From Bigelowiella natans CCMP2755 (taxonomy: Eukaryota; Protista; Cercozoa): 64,000 bases of DNA. The stretch covers positions 130,274-194,273 of the forward strand of contig ADNK01000096.1 in assembly GCA_000320545.1 (NCBI GenBank). Direction: 5' to 3'. Under the pieces are notes generated by a model. That model searched no databases and was not told where the DNA came from. It was given only the letters and a program-made list of their open reading frames with translations. Shown piece by piece: positions 34,354 to 48,304 of this stretch (the first letter of the stretch is position 1; the number at the start of each line of letters is the position of its first letter). The translations under genes were made by a program, and so were the position numbers.

Positions 34354-34425
34354 GCTGCTCTGCATAGCTACATACCAGGATGACCATTGGAAAAATTTTA
34401 ACATTTCATTACATCCATCTCATAG
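34354..34425 (-). repeat. Dispersed ~80-bp intergenic repeat, copy C
   Basis: Reverse complement ctatgagatggatgtaatgaaatgtt...ccaatggtcatcctggtatgtagctatgcagagcagc. Confidence 0.75.
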
Positions 34426-34904
34426 CATGCATACATCTTAATGCATCGCACTATTTGTAAAAGTGAATAACACGCTGTGCAGAGCAAGCGCCATTGATTT
34501 GTTGGTTTGTACGCGCATGCACGTGATCATGCCCGCGAAGTATTAAAATTTTAAGTCATGTAGCTACTGATGATATTTAAATTACAGATTGCATTGTTTT
34601 TTTTAATCTTCTTTTAGGCTACACGAAAGTTCTAGAACGACCGTAGTAGTCAATATGTAATTAGCACGGCTCGACCAAGCCCTCAAACTTCCACTGAGAA
34701 TTTGGGAAAACCTCTCGGTCTCTGCCATACACGTGCTCTCCTGTCGATTTTAATCTGTTCCCTAATACTTTCGATAAGTCGTGGTCCAATTATTTTTCGT
34801 CTTAATCGTGGTCATAACGACGACACCCACAGGGTTTCAAGGCGGCCGCATTTAGATTGGAGACGGGAAACGAACATGTGCTGCTGCCTGTATGAATGTA
34901 CTCT

Positions 34905-35975
34905 TCATTCCTTTCTCGCAACGTAGCACCAATGGAATTCGTTGCTTTGCTGTTCTATTTTTCCTGATGAGATCGACGGCTTCGGAACGCTGACGGGTTT
35001 TTGCACTTCCCAGTTGAAGCCTTTAGACTGAAAGTAGCTTTCTCTGGTATCCGGTTCCCCGAATGACACGCACAGATAAGCACCTCCGGACTTCAATACA
35101 CGCGACACTTCGCCCATGGAAATCCCAATGTCTTCTTCGCCTAAGAACACAATATTCAACAACCGATTGTGCTGGACACCTCGCACTATTCAGATACTGA
35201 TGCGTCGCGCTTTCAATCAATACCGTCATCGCCGCAAAGAAGGCAATCCGTGAGCCCTTTGTCAACGACAACATCGAACGTGCTGTCCTTGAAATCCATG
35301 TTCTTTGCATCCATCCTGCAACCGGTTGAGAGAAAGAAGAGAGACAGAGAGAGAGAGTTAGTATTTCTACCACTAAGACTCGGTTTTAAGTGACCACCTG
35401 ATGTATTGCATCCCCTTTTTCTTCCTGTACTTTGTGCGCATGTCTCCTATCACGACCTGTGAATGCACGCAGTATAGATTATGGGTTTGAGGAGGAGGAG
35501 GAGGAAGAGGAAGAGGAAGAGGAGGAGGAGGAGGAGGAGAAACCTGCGATATCATGGGAGTGTTGTTTCGTCACTATCTACAAAGTTACCTGCGAAATAT
35601 CAATGCTAGTAACGTCTGTAGTAGCGTCATCGAAGATTTCAGAACTTAGCCTGGAGTTCCCACACCCAATTACTAAGACTTTGGAGTCTTGCGTGATCAG
35701 TGGCTTCAATATATGCTTAATTCCTGGAGAGGAGTAGAAACACATCAGCTGGTGAGGAGGGTGCTGCAGCAACCAGAAACTGTGATTTTAATAAATAAAG
35801 AACAAAATCGTGTTTGCCTACCAAGCAGCTACTAGGATGTGGACTGCTATTGTATTTGTGTGCTTCCATATTATAAAAATATCTTACCACGGTAGCTCTG
35901 AAACCACTCGAACGGTTCCTTCTCCTTAGAATAACGCGCATCCCAGTAACTTGCCTTCGAGTAGTTTTGGCTCAT
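34905..35975 (-). CDS. EEF1AKMT4/METTL13-N-like class I methyltransferase
   Basis: MSQNYSKASYWDARY...FEWFQ, KVLVIGCGNSRLS, SIDIS, MDAKNMDFKDSTFDVVVDKGLTDCLLC, EVSRVLKSGG. Confidence 0.9.
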
Positions 35976-36479
35976 CTAATGACGATTTACTTTGGCACAC
36001 AGGGGATTCAGTCAGGAGGCGACGTTGGATTAGCCTGATTCGTTTCTCACAGTAAGGAAGGATGATCCTACTCGTTACCACTTCACTCACTGCTTCTATC
36101 TGTACTTTCTTATCTTATTATCCCTTCCTCCGCTCTCAGACGTATAAATGGGCAATACCTTGTTGCTGGCAACAATGAACCCGCCTGCTCTTTCCCTATC
36201 GCCTGGAGCCTCAGATGAAGTCGGAAGTGCAGGCCTGCCCAGCAGATGTTCGGTTTCGGTTTCGGCTTGGCGGGGGAGAAATGAGCTGGGGGAAGCAACG
36301 CCTTTTAAAACCACCTTCCGTTTTTTCCCTACGACATCATTTTCTCGATCGATTCTACGTATTCTTAGGCCAAATTCAACCGCCAAAATATGGTGGTGGT
36401 TCCACATCTACGACAACGTATTAGGCAGTATTTTTTTTTCCGAATACTGGTAATAGGATAAGACTCGAATGGAGTACGA

Positions 36480-36803
36480 ATGGAAGAAGCGAAGGGGCAC
36501 GTGACGGCGAGAGCGGAAGGTGTAGTCGTCATCATCAAGGTCCAAAATATAGAACCACACACATCAAAAAGGCTACGAGGCCGTTTTTCCTCCATTAGAA
36601 GACCGAAATCACTCCTTTAGGCATCCTTGGAGAAAGGCGAAGCGACACGGTTTTCTGTGGCGATCTCAGGTCGAAACAATCCTGTCTTTTCTTGTAAGAC
36701 TGCACCCGCTGCAACATTTTACACTCGCAGAAAAAGTCGATGTGATCGTAAAACGGATTCTAAAGGAACTGAAACTTGAGGTATAGGAAGAATATCTACA
36801 GAC

Positions 36804-36846
<43 letters not shown>

Positions 36847-38482
36847 CGTACTTGCATTCATCAGCGCTGTGAAATCAAAGCCTCGCCAACTCACTAAATC
36901 ACTCACTCATTCACCCACTCACTCACATAGAGTGTAGATGAGCAAATGCCAAAATTGGTATTGCAATATTCGAGCTCTTCGGGCCAAAGGTGGCCATTTC
37001 GAACTGAGGATGACTTCAGGGTAGTCTTCTCGTGGTCTTCTATGATTGAAAATTGTCTTAATTTTGTTTTTTATTTTGAACAGAAAGCGATCGATGACTC
37101 AGAGGTACTATAATGTTATACATTCCAGATAAAATGGAAAGATTCAGTAGTTGATAAGATTAATAATCCCACATGGCGTTGTCTTCTTGCAAATGATCTA
37201 GCCATCGTTTTACTATGTTCAGAAATTTACACACCTTGGTGACAACAAGTATCACAAGGCGATTCGTTTAATTTTCACTGCTGCAGCCTCGTCGGCTCCT
37301 CTTGCTATCCCGATAGAGGTGTGTTTTTAGGTGAATACGTGTGATGTGCAGCAGATTTGTCACCATCCTACTTTTCAGAGCTCCGAATTGAGCGAATGCC
37401 TGATGAAGGGAGACTGCAGCTCTAAGCTGGCGAGAAAAAGAGTTTGTTTCTTTTTTTTACGATTAAAGTGACACCAAGGATTCACATGGGAGAAATCAGA
37501 TTGATGCGTGGCTGGCCGCTGCTTCATCCAATGGCTGCAAATTCGATCCAAACACAAGGTGTTCGACTTTTTCAACCTAAGGAAAAATGGAACCTAAATT
37601 GATCCTTAATTTACAAATAGACATGGAGGAAAGAATTGGACGCTACTTCATATGGCTGTGGTCGCTGATGATGGGTATGGCTGACTGACTCCTTTTTATG
37701 TGCGGGCTAGAAACAATTGATGGAACTTTACATATATTTATTAATGGTCACAAACATTTTACATTTTATCATTTGTGGACCAGAGATCTGGTATCGCGCA
37801 TACTTCAGGTAGCTACTCTCTTATTTATAACTGCCTGCCTCGTATTCTGTTGTACATCCGAACTCGCTGAATCATTTTCTGGAATGAATTAAATCAGGTG
37901 AAGGGCTTCGATGCCAACGCACATGATAAGTAAGTATACTATCGCCCATCTGCCGATATCTAATTGTAAACGCAACATTTGATGATTATATTCAGGGACG
38001 GCTATGCCCCAATTCATCTCGCAGCATCGCTGGGCAACGCAACATGTCTCGATCAGCTTCTCAAGTGCTCTGGCGTGGACAGGGACGCCAAGGTAACACT
38101 ATGTTGCCCTTATTTGGCAGAAATCGCTATGTTTTTTGTGGGTACAGCTTTGATGAAGACCCATCGCTGCTTAACACTATCTCTATTCTTAATTGTTTTT
38201 ACCATTGCTTCGTCCGATTGACAATATAGGTGTCTTTCACCAATAGCTCCAGGCTAGTGTCTATATCAACCAAAGGCCAGGTTATTTACCGCATTCCTTG
38301 GTTTCATGAGTAGTCTCACTCGCACATTAATCATCGACACAAAAATTGTTTTGTATTGGGATTTTCCGCGTGAACAGACAGCTCTGGATCTAGCGAAGGA
38401 GGCTAGAAACTCGAAATGTGAAGCACTCCTCATTCGACATCAGGGGGAAAGTAAAAACCTTGCTTTGGCCGATGATACTTAA
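36480..38482 (+). CDS. Ankyrin-repeat protein with possible N-terminal PB1-like region, many short exons
   Basis: WTLLHMAVVADD, DGYAPIHLAASLGNATCLDQLL, TALDLAKE. N-terminal exons IIKASLEKGEATRFSV and WPFRTEDDF resemble a PB1 domain. Confidence 0.7.
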
Positions 38483-38579
38483 GACGGCGAACAGCAAAGG
38501 AGAATAGCACGCGATGATGTATCCTATCCACGCTCATGTTTTAAACAGTATTTAACACGTGCAAATATATGCGCATATA

Positions 38580-38620
<41 letters not shown>

Positions 38621-39140
38621 GTACATACATACATATGTTGCATGGCGCGTGCGAGGAATACAGCGGCACGACGACTAGATAATAATCTAGCTGAAGGTTT
38701 TGGTACAATTTAATTTTACGTTGCCATTATTGAACATTGTTATAAAAGCTAGCGCAGCATTTTCGATACGATATCGGCAGTCTATCACAAAAAAGCAACG
38801 AAGTATAGCCAGGAAGCGGGCCTATGAATTATTGATGGTATACTCTAGATACTACAAAGTGCAATTTAGATAAGCCGATATAAAGCTACATGTGCAAGTT
38901 AAATATAATGTACACACATATACGTATGATTCATGAACATTTTCGCAACAACATTACAAATCCGAGCGCATGTAAAATAGATTGCTACGCTACACACTAT
39001 GTGTCATCAGCCGCTTGCAAGCCATGCGTATTCGAATAGGATATATGTGCATATATCATGCAAGTACTAACACCTCAATTGAAACAAGGTGAGTATTTGT
39101 GCAAGATTTTTTGCTTGTTCTTTTTAAAATACGATTGCAT

Positions 39141-39885
39141 TCATACTTCATTACTTCGAGGGTAGGTTCTGCACGGAATTTCAAACATCTTCCATGGAGA
39201 CAGTTTATCTCTTTTCATTGCTGTCTGCATCTTATTTTCTCTTCGGTCTATCTCTGTGCATTTCTTCTTTGCCTTCTTAACCAGAGTTTTAGCCTCAAAT
39301 TCTCTTCTTGTTTTATCCTGCGTGCAAGCAAAACACTAATTTATCGTTGCATTTGAAATTATCACAACAACGCCATCCTGGTATCTATCTTATAACGGGA
39401 ACATCCGCAAATGAAATACCTCTCTCGCTGCACTTTAGACATCATCTGGCAAGCCTCATTTCGAACTTGCGCGAATATTGTGTTAACCTACCACAGCATT
39501 CTTGTTTGAGGTGGAAATTGTGATTCATACATCAAATCTACCTGTGAACTCAGTTGTACAAACGTCGCTTTCCATACGGCGACTTTGGTCTCCTTTGATC
39601 GCAAGACAAAATCCTCTGTTACAAATTGCCACCGAGCCAAAACTCGTGGCCGCCTGATCGGAATTGGAGTCAGTGTTTTTTGTCGGGTGGAGGACGACAG
39701 TCTTTAGTTGACCGAACGTACCACTGGTCATTCCTCTCGCTTTCTGTTCTAAAGCGTTTGCAGACAGGAGCAAGATTCTTGCAAAGGTCTCGAGACGAGA
39801 GATAGTTCATCACTAGCTGCCACACTCCCGAGGGAATGTCCTTCATCATTTCATGGGCGCTGGAATGACCATCATGTCGCTGCAT
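39141..39885 (-). CDS. F-box protein
   Basis: MKDIPSGVWQLVMNYLSSRDLCKNLAPVCKRFR F-box motif; spliced continuation W/RPRVLARW...WKATFVQL; last exon ends ...PRSNEV stop. Confidence 0.75.
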
Positions 39886-40332
39886 TTCTGCTGAGACTAG
39901 TGGTGTAGTTTTTATCGCCCAGGTTGTTCCACCACCATTTGTTCTCCTGCCGTTACGTTAAAACCTCGACAATTTCTTAACTGGATCGAAGAGCGCACGA
40001 GACGAGGAGAGAGGGCGTGCGAGATCCGCAAAGAGCGAAAAAGCAGGATGTTTTCCGGGTAAGACTTCTACATGGTGTTGGCAATAAAACGGACAACGCC
40101 ACGAACACGCGAACGTTCCTGTAAAATTCCGGCCAGCTTCTCACAGCGCAGCGTCTGGCTGTGTTTTCGACAAATGGTTTGGGATTTTAAAACTGCGACA
40201 ACGGAAAAGTACCTAATTTTATGGGAGAAGTAGAGCACATCCAAACTTTCTCCGGAGCCCAAGCACAAAATCCAAACATAATAACACCCCACGAAGGAGG
40301 AGGAGACCAACAAGAAGAGAAAGACAAAAGCA

Positions 40333-40633
40333 ATGCCCAAGCAACAGAAGAAGAAGCATTCCGCCGGAGCTAGCCCGAAGATTGTTCGCTTCAAAGTGAG
40401 CAAGAATAAAAGCTTCGAAATTATGGTACGTTGAACCCATTTCAAAGAAGGGACGCAAACATTTGAAAATGTTACCTTTGTGTGCATGCATGCAGGTCAA
40501 CCCCGGTACCGTGGCAACTTTCAGGCAAGACAGATCTTCTCTCTCAGATGTACTTCTCGTAGAAACTGTATTCAAGAACGCCCGCAAGGCAGTTCCGGTG
40601 AGATACAAAGCACATGTTGACACGTCCCCCCTC

Positions 40634-40676
<43 letters not shown>

Positions 40677-42080
40677 AACCCCCCACCCCCCTATGCCTCA
40701 CTCTCTCTCAACTATTTTTCTCATAGGCTACCTCTGACGAGCTATTCGAGGCCTTTGGCTGTACAGATGTGAGGAAGGTCGATAATTTCCCATAGAAGGG
40801 ATAAAGAATGTCACATTAATCAGAGAGGAAAGTGAATATTTCTTCCCCACACTTATCCTTAGTGCAGTCGTAGAGAGGATCCTTTCTGAGTGTACAATAT
40901 GTTTGCAATGCGTTAGCATCTGAACTATGGTGACGAAATCTTAGATTGCGGAAAGAATACTGTCAAAGGGTGACGCGCAAACGAGCTCATCAGAACGCAA
41001 GAAGGGCATGGAGGCTAAAAAACGCAACATCGCCGATTTCATCAACAAGAATTACGCAGATGCGCGTACTGGTCTCCCCATTCCTCTGAACAGAATCCTT
41101 TCAGTCTTGGTAATGACGTAAAATCACCCCAGGGAGCGGCAGAATAACATTGGTATCTCTTGCATTCCCCTTCAGGAGAAACAGCGAGTTACCGCAGACT
41201 GCGATCTGGTACTGGAGGCCCGCCGAATCGTGGATGAAGCCAAGAAGAAGGTACTTAGTCTTAGTAAGATTTGTATAAAATCAATTCTAGCTGCAGTCAC
41301 TGCCCTGCCTTCCGCTGGGCATCGACGATAGCTTGGCCGCGACACCTGACCTTCTTAAATCTTGAACAGGGAGAGCTTTCGGTGAAACGCAAAGAGACCG
41401 TGATGACACTCTCTCTGCCTGCGAAATTCAAACGAGAAGCATCGGTCTTGTTCGAAAGGTGAGAAATAAGGAAATCATTCCAAGTTGGAAAAATACTACC
41501 TCCGCATACTAACTAGTTCTAAAATGGCCATGATATTTCCCTCATGCTTACGGATCATGTCATTCTCCAGGCGATGCAGTGTATTATCTCGCACAGTTAA
41601 TGGTTCTCAAGTGGTATTTGAGCTTGGCTATCTTGCTGGAGAATTAGACTCCATAATTGCATCAGCGGAAAAGGTAATACTCACGTGAGCATTTTTTGTT
41701 CGTCATCATCTATCATCATCCATTACCACCACCACCAACAACATCCAAATTAACACCATTGTGATCTCCCCATCATCAACGTTGCTACTACCAGCTAACC
41801 AGAGGTGCGGTATCTCTGGGGTCGGACGGTGCCGCAAAGAGAAACAGCAACGAGGAGAAGCAAGACAAATCAAGAAATAAGGCTGCGAAGCAGACGAAGC
41901 GCCGATCAGCCGTCAATCGCACGAAGGGCAGAGGAGGTGGAGGAAAAGGAGGAGATGGCGTTGCTGATATTGGGGGTAACATTATTAACCGAATAGATAT
42001 GAACTTAGGATCTTAACATCTCACGTCAGCTAGCATCTAATGTGTGAAAAACGACTTCCGACCGCTGTACCTTCCCAATT

Positions 42081-42120
<40 letters not shown>

Positions 42121-42266
42121 GGCACTTCTCTCTGAAATTGTGTGCAACGGCGACGATACCATTTTCGAATATATTTTCAGCTAAAACATCGTCAGCAAAG
42201 AAGGATAAGAAGAAAAAGCGTGGCGGTAGTAATCGTCGTGTAGGGGGTGGTAAGAAGTCATACTGA
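40333..42266 (+). CDS. SBDS/Sdo1-family ribosome maturation protein with basic tail
   Basis: IVRFKVSKNKSFEIM/VNPGTVATFR...LSDVLLVETVFKNARK, ELFEAFG, IAERILSKGDAQ, IADFINKNYADARTGLPIP. Confidence 0.85.
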
Positions 42267-43484
42267 AGGAAGTTTCCGCCAAAGGCATCATTATTAAAAA
42301 GCCATCTCTGGCAGCGATCTCAATCATCAGCGTCGTTCCAAGCAGAGGTGGGGGTTTTTGTACTTGCTTTTTTTCTGCCGTACCCCAAGGGTCTGCCCCT
42401 TTTCCCTCCTTCATCTGAATGTTTGTGCCACTCTCCCAGCAGGCGACGGGAGCAGCGCACCATCCATCACAGCCCGTAGTCCGCAGGATAGAATAGAGGC
42501 TCAAGAGGGAAATGAATGGCTTCTGGAAACGAAAAGAGGTAGATTTGCCCTCTTTGGTTGCCTTCTCCCAATTATTTCTTGTTTTTGTTTTGTAAAAGTA
42601 TTGGTTCAAGCTATAACTTCCAAAAATTTTTCGTTTTGACCATGTCTGCCCAATATTGCTGTAACAATACGACCAATCTATGTTGAAGGCCCGAGGACCT
42701 GATACTTTCGTCTCGAGAGATCGCCTTATCAAAATTCGGACTACCGAGTAGAAGGGGGAGGGCACTTGATCAAGAATTGTACTTACGGCCATCTAAAAGT
42801 CTGCACACGTCACAGCTTATCAGCTTGATGATTTCTAGTTAAAACTCAAAATCCTCTGCTTGAGTCATTATGCTTTACGAGATCCGTAATTTGCGAGATC
42901 CACACTTTCTCTCGTCCACTGGATACGTACTTAGTGAGAAAGATGTAGCGTAAATTAGGTTGGACAGAATTGTCGCAAATTATGCACGCACACGCAGACA
43001 TGTATCACATCTCATAAATGCTCCACTTATACGAAAACTACCGTGCATGTGTGTCCGTATATTATACCTTGGAAATTTTATGAGACCGATATAATGTTTG
43101 AATTAAATTTTATCAATTCATGCATAACAGTATGTCTAGAAATATGAAAAGGCTTGTGTACGATACGCCCGAGCGCAGTCGCAGTAGCGTGCGATATTAG
43201 TGGTGTACAAAGCGAGCCACTCGAGCTTATGCTTATGAGGCAAAATCATGACATTTATAATGAACATAGCTATGTAAATTGACACATCGCAAATACGTGT
43301 ATGTTCATATAGGCAGCGCATTAGATGCCAATGTGGTGGCAAAGGACGCCAGACTATCTACAAGCTAGGAAGCTTGCATACTCACTACAGTCATATTCGA
43401 TCTGCTCGTGCGATAATGTGATCTTTCATTGCTATTAAATACATTATTGTTCTGACACTTCTCTACAATAGACAGTTTTGACGT

Positions 43485-46016
43485 TTATTTCTCTTTTGTG
43501 CTCAACGTCTCTCCTTGAGGATCTATGACTTCTAGATGTCCACTTTTCAAATCGGAATTGGGTTGCTTACTCTCTTTCCAACAGCCCTCTTTACTATCTT
43601 TAAAAGTGTCTTGACTTTTTTGCAATGCCTTCTGGAGTTCTTCCTTACACTCCTCGAAAATGGCTTGCAGTCCGTCCATTGGGAACTTTAGCGCAGAGGC
43701 TTTTCTGAGCAGCTCGAGGTCTTTAGCGCCATCTTTCTCCCCCAGCTTCGACATCAAGTTGAAGAGCATTCCTGGGTCCTTCTGAAAGTAGTATAAAATA
43801 TTCGAATGATGCGACGCGATTAACATCTGGAAATCACAAAAAAACACTGCTCTAACTTGCAAAAAAAGGCCAACAGAAAACCGACCGTAGATAGTATTCG
43901 CTTCCGGTTTTGAACGATCAGAGCGTAGCTAACTTCGTGCAGGAATATCCTCCCCCGGAAGAGCAGCAAGTCCCAGATCCTCACCACGGTGTGGGTGGGC
44001 AGTGAGCTTGCAAAGAGGGCGACGAACCAGTGTAGCACGCACGAATCGAGCGGGACCGCGTAGCGTTCGAGGTGCCTCGCTATCTTTCCCTGGCGCTTCA
44101 GGACCAGTTTCTGAATCACGTGCGAATCCGCCTTGGCGTTGATGAGGTGCTCGTCGTGGTAATTCACGGGCAAGATGTTCTCGCAGACAGCGACGAGGAA
44201 CCAAAACGCTGCTTCCTCCGTGGCCATCACGATGAGCGCCAGCCCAGCTACAAAGTTCAGTCCCTGGCAGTATCCCACGGTAGGGTTGTGCCTGGCGAAG
44301 GCTCCCAGGACCTTCGCCAGCGCCGTGATGCCTCTCGGGCTTCCAATGTATGGATGTTCCGGGTAGGTGCGGTCAAGGTCCTTGATGATAACGCGCTCCG
44401 TCGGCGTGAGTTTGGGGTGCCGCTTGGACATCTCAAGGACGAGATCGCTGTATTCTAGACCCTTTGTCACGTCGTCAACGCCGTCATCATCATCATCATC
44501 AATTTTCTTTTGGGTATTCCTTTCCTCGCTATCCTCCCCCTTCCTCTCCTCCTCGCTCCTTTTTGAGAGACGTAGTATGTCCATGGCCTTCTCGAGGACT
44601 TGCAGCATCTCCCGGCTCTCAGCCACTCTTTCCTCGAAGTAGCCCGCTCCACTTATACGTCGCAGGCTTCGCGCCCCGCTCGCTACATCCCACACAGATG
44701 CCCGGATGGCGCTAGGGATGCCGTGCTTCACTACTTTACGGTACAGGGCAAGGTCCCCGAAGCGAAGATCGTCATCAGTCATGTCAGCTTCTATGCTGCG
44801 GTCTATTCCTTCGATGAATCTGACCACCCCCTTCACAGGTTGGCCGACAACCCCGACAAGGCCGGTTCCGACCCCTTTGAAGAAACCCTTCACCCCCTGC
44901 TTCTGCGCCAGCCTCACCGGCTCTGTAAACACGCCGAAAGCGCCTTTTAGGACCCCCTTGCCCAGTCCCGCAATGCCGAGGAGGAATTGCCTCCCCATGA
45001 AGGTTTTCGACAGGCTTCGTTTCCTCCTTCGGAGGTATGACGTCGAGGGGGCGGCGGACGAGGATTTTCTCTCCTCCGACTCGCCAGCAACGCTATCAGT
45101 GAGGTCAGCTACAGCCTGCAAGGGAGCTTTCACAACGCCCGTAATGGCGTGTCCCATGCCCCTGAGCATGCCAACTGCACCATGGTCCTTCGCGCCCTTG
45201 ACCGGTTTCGATACTATACCAGCCACGCCAGAGAATACGCCGATGGGGACTCCTGCGATGCCCTTTCCGATTCCTTTGAAGTACTTCGCAGTGGACTTTC
45301 GTCGTCTCAATCTCTCGGTAGAATTTGGCAGTCTGTCGCGACTTCCTACTGCACTTCGAACAGATGAGGGGGACGTTAGATCGGGATCTATGTTGCTGTT
45401 TTTCTTCTTCTTCTTCTTCTTTTTCTTCTCCCGCCTCTTCCTAGTGTTCTGATCGCCTCCCTCGTGATTCTCGTCACCTTCCTCATCGACCACCACCAAA
45501 TTATGCAAAGTATCTCTGCTATCCTCCTTCTCCTCCTCCACTTTCTCTACTAAAGCTTGCGAAGCTGGCACTTTTGTCTCATTGCTGCTTGTCGCTACAT
45601 TTTCTTCGTCCTGACTCCGGCTATGACCCCCACCGCCGCCGTCATCATTTTCATTTTCATCATCGTAGTCGTCCTCCTCATCATCCTCATCAAGATCATC
45701 CTGAAACTGGTAGTGGAATGTGTCGATTCCCTCGGTCCAACTGAGGCTCTGCTTTCGAGGTTTACAGTCGCTTGAGCTGCTGCTTCCTCCACCATAAGTG
45801 CCGCTCCCCGCTCGTTTGGTTGGTTTTGAAGAATAAGGGGGGGAAGGAGGCAGACCAAGAGGCTCTTCGATTATAGGAAACTGTTGCTGTTTTTTAGTCT
45901 GCTGTTGCTGCTGCTGAGGCAGCGGGGACAGTACGGAGAATACTTTGTTCTCCTAATTACAATCAATGAATGCCTGGTTACTATTTAACGATATGTACAT
46001 GTATTAACATATAAAC

Positions 46017-46055
<39 letters not shown>

Positions 46056-46762
46056 CTAGCGTTGCTATCTATAATCGCCAGTGTATGGTCGATCTAACGC
46101 CTACATGACTCTTTTCATTGAGATTTCTATCCGCTGCCGTGTTGCACGCATTTAATTGCGTATGGGGAAAGTAGCTCTCAATACTTATCGGCGACAGGAG
46201 CGCATGTTCACTGTACGCGGGTCGTCACTGAATCATCAGAACCGTACCTGACGCCTGTACTCGTTGAGCAAATTCATTAAACTTATCCAATTTTTGTCCC
46301 CGCACGCACCCTGAAGTGCCTTCAAGCGTTTTCCTATAGCTGCGTTTGTGATGGGGAAGCCGAAGTTGTTGTGCATGTGGAACGGCCCTTCCGAAGACGA
46401 TGAATGGAACTCGTCATGCTGTACGCCGGAACTCCATTTTCGGCTAGTAATCGATTTGCTATCGCCCTTGCATGCACCCTAGAAGCAAAAAGAATCGAAT
46501 TAGCATCTCGACTTCAAAGGAAGGAAGTAGCCTTTCGCAAGATAATAAATCAAGTACGGGCTGTCCGAGATGCTTGAGGTATGGAGAAACATGCAATGCA
46601 AATAATGATTCTACAAGTTAAACGTCTAACTTTTGCGCTTCCGGCAATCTCATTTTCTTTTTTGCCCTCCTCTAACCCCGGTTCTCGATTGAAGTTTGGG
46701 TGAACAAGTGGTGGCGGGGGGGGGTATCGGCCTGGGCCGTCGGGTGTATTTCCCTCCTCCAT
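43485..46762 (-). CDS. TBC-domain Rab-GAP with two VPS13/ATG2-C-like glycine-rich repeats; start uncertain
   Basis: GIPSAIRASVW, IIKDLDRT (R finger), GYCQGLNFVA (Q finger), EEAAFW, RIWDLLLFRG. Upstream GVAGIVSKPVKGA and GAFGVFTEPVRLAQKQGVKGFFKGVGTGLVGVVGQPVKG. Confidence 0.88.
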
Positions 46763-47368
46763 TATGGATGCCTGTGCACGCTGGTGATTTCTCCCTGTGT
46801 CTTTTTTGGAGTCCTCGTGGTCAAATGGGGAGATGTGATGGCATTAACAGGCGAGAGGAGGTCTGCACCTCGATGGTGGGGGACTGTGCAGATGAATAAT
46901 CGAGTGAGAATCTGAGGAAATTATCTCGCTTTTAGACTAAAAATATAGGATGTTTTAGGGTTGATTATGTAACAGGATGTCGCTCGATGGGGACGACGTT
47001 GAGCGACGATGGTGATGCACCCCCCCCGAGGAGTTCGGTAAAAATTTAAAAAAAATGCCAACATGACGGTTGTCGCATTGCTGAATTCAGACCTGTTTTC
47101 CAATGAAGAGAATACAACTAACACGAAACACAGGCAATTCATCTGATGCGTCAAAGCCTCATTGCGAGGTTAAACGCTGGTTGATCGTCTCGTGCGACAA
47201 TGATTTTCGGTGTAGCAGCGACAGAAAGTCTCGGAAGGGATTGTTATTTTCATGGGGATCTGGCATTGATCCACCAGTAGATATAAGGGGAAGGAAGGCA
47301 GATACCGCAGCCCTTCTGCGCGATGAACTAGATCTGTGTTGAGCCAACACTCGAGGCTTACTGCACAA

Positions 47369-48304
47369 ATGGATATCTTCGAACTTACCGCCCTCTACGA
47401 AAAATGCAGTCACAAGGAAGACGTCACAGAGCTCAGGGAACACTTCAGCTCAGGAGCAAATGTTGACGAGTGCGATGACTTGGGCTGGACTCCACTGATG
47501 GTTGGCTCTCAGCTAGGATATACCCGTGTTGTACGTCTACTTGTAGATGAACTTCAGGCAGATGTGAATGGCAAAAACAAAATTGGGTACAGTGCTCTCA
47601 CCTATGCAGCCCAGGGAGGACACCTGGATGTTACCCAAGTACTCCTCATGCACAAAGCAGCGATCGACTCTCCTGATGACGGGAGCCCTTTGATCTGGGC
47701 AGCGAGAAGAAATCATCTACCGTAAGGCTTGCCTAACAACCGCAAAACGTCATGTTTGCCTGTAACTTGGAAAAATGTGAATTCTCATCCAGAATCGTGC
47801 GCTGTCTCGTCGAAGCTAAGGCCAGTGTAGATATCCGTGGTCTACAAAATCGAACTGCAAAGGAATGGGCACAGTATGAAGGAAACACCCAAGTTTATAA
47901 GTATTTACATAAGGTAAGGCGGCAGGGTAGGATGTGTGGAGATATCTGGTTGAACAGTTAGCAACTAAGCCTTTTCTCGTTTAAATCAGGTTGAAAGGCC
48001 GCTTCGAAAGCAAGAGAGGCGCAAGCTTCGGCAACAATTAAAAATGGAAAAGGAGAAGGAAAAGGAAAAGGAGAAGAAAGAGGAGGTATTCACTTTCTTC
48101 CGAAATCTTGCAGAATGTGAGAACGTATCAGAAATTCCTATTATGCTTTCGATTTGACAAATTCAGGAAGCTAAAGCTACAAAGCCGCTGGGTATTAATG
48201 AGATTAAAGAAGACAACTCGTGCGTTGGAATGAATTATCAATTTCGAGGGGAAGAAGGATGTGTGCGCAAACAATGTGGTGTTCAAGCATGCGTAATATC
48301 TTAG
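47369..48304 (+). CDS. Ankyrin-repeat protein ending in a CaaX box
   Basis: GWTPLMVGS, GYSALTYAAQGGHLDV, SPLIWAARRNH; 4 exons; the final exon ends CVIS stop. Confidence 0.85.

Noticed and set aside
42181-42792. 203-aa minus-strand ORF
   Set aside because: It overlaps the SBDS last exon and 3' region in antisense and has no recognisable motif.
45572-45858. Apparent frameshift between the 87-aa and 583-aa minus ORFs of the TBC gene
   Set aside because: The 583-aa frame is open upstream (…QDDLDEDDEEDDYDDENE…TKVPASQ); the ORF caller simply began at a GTG.
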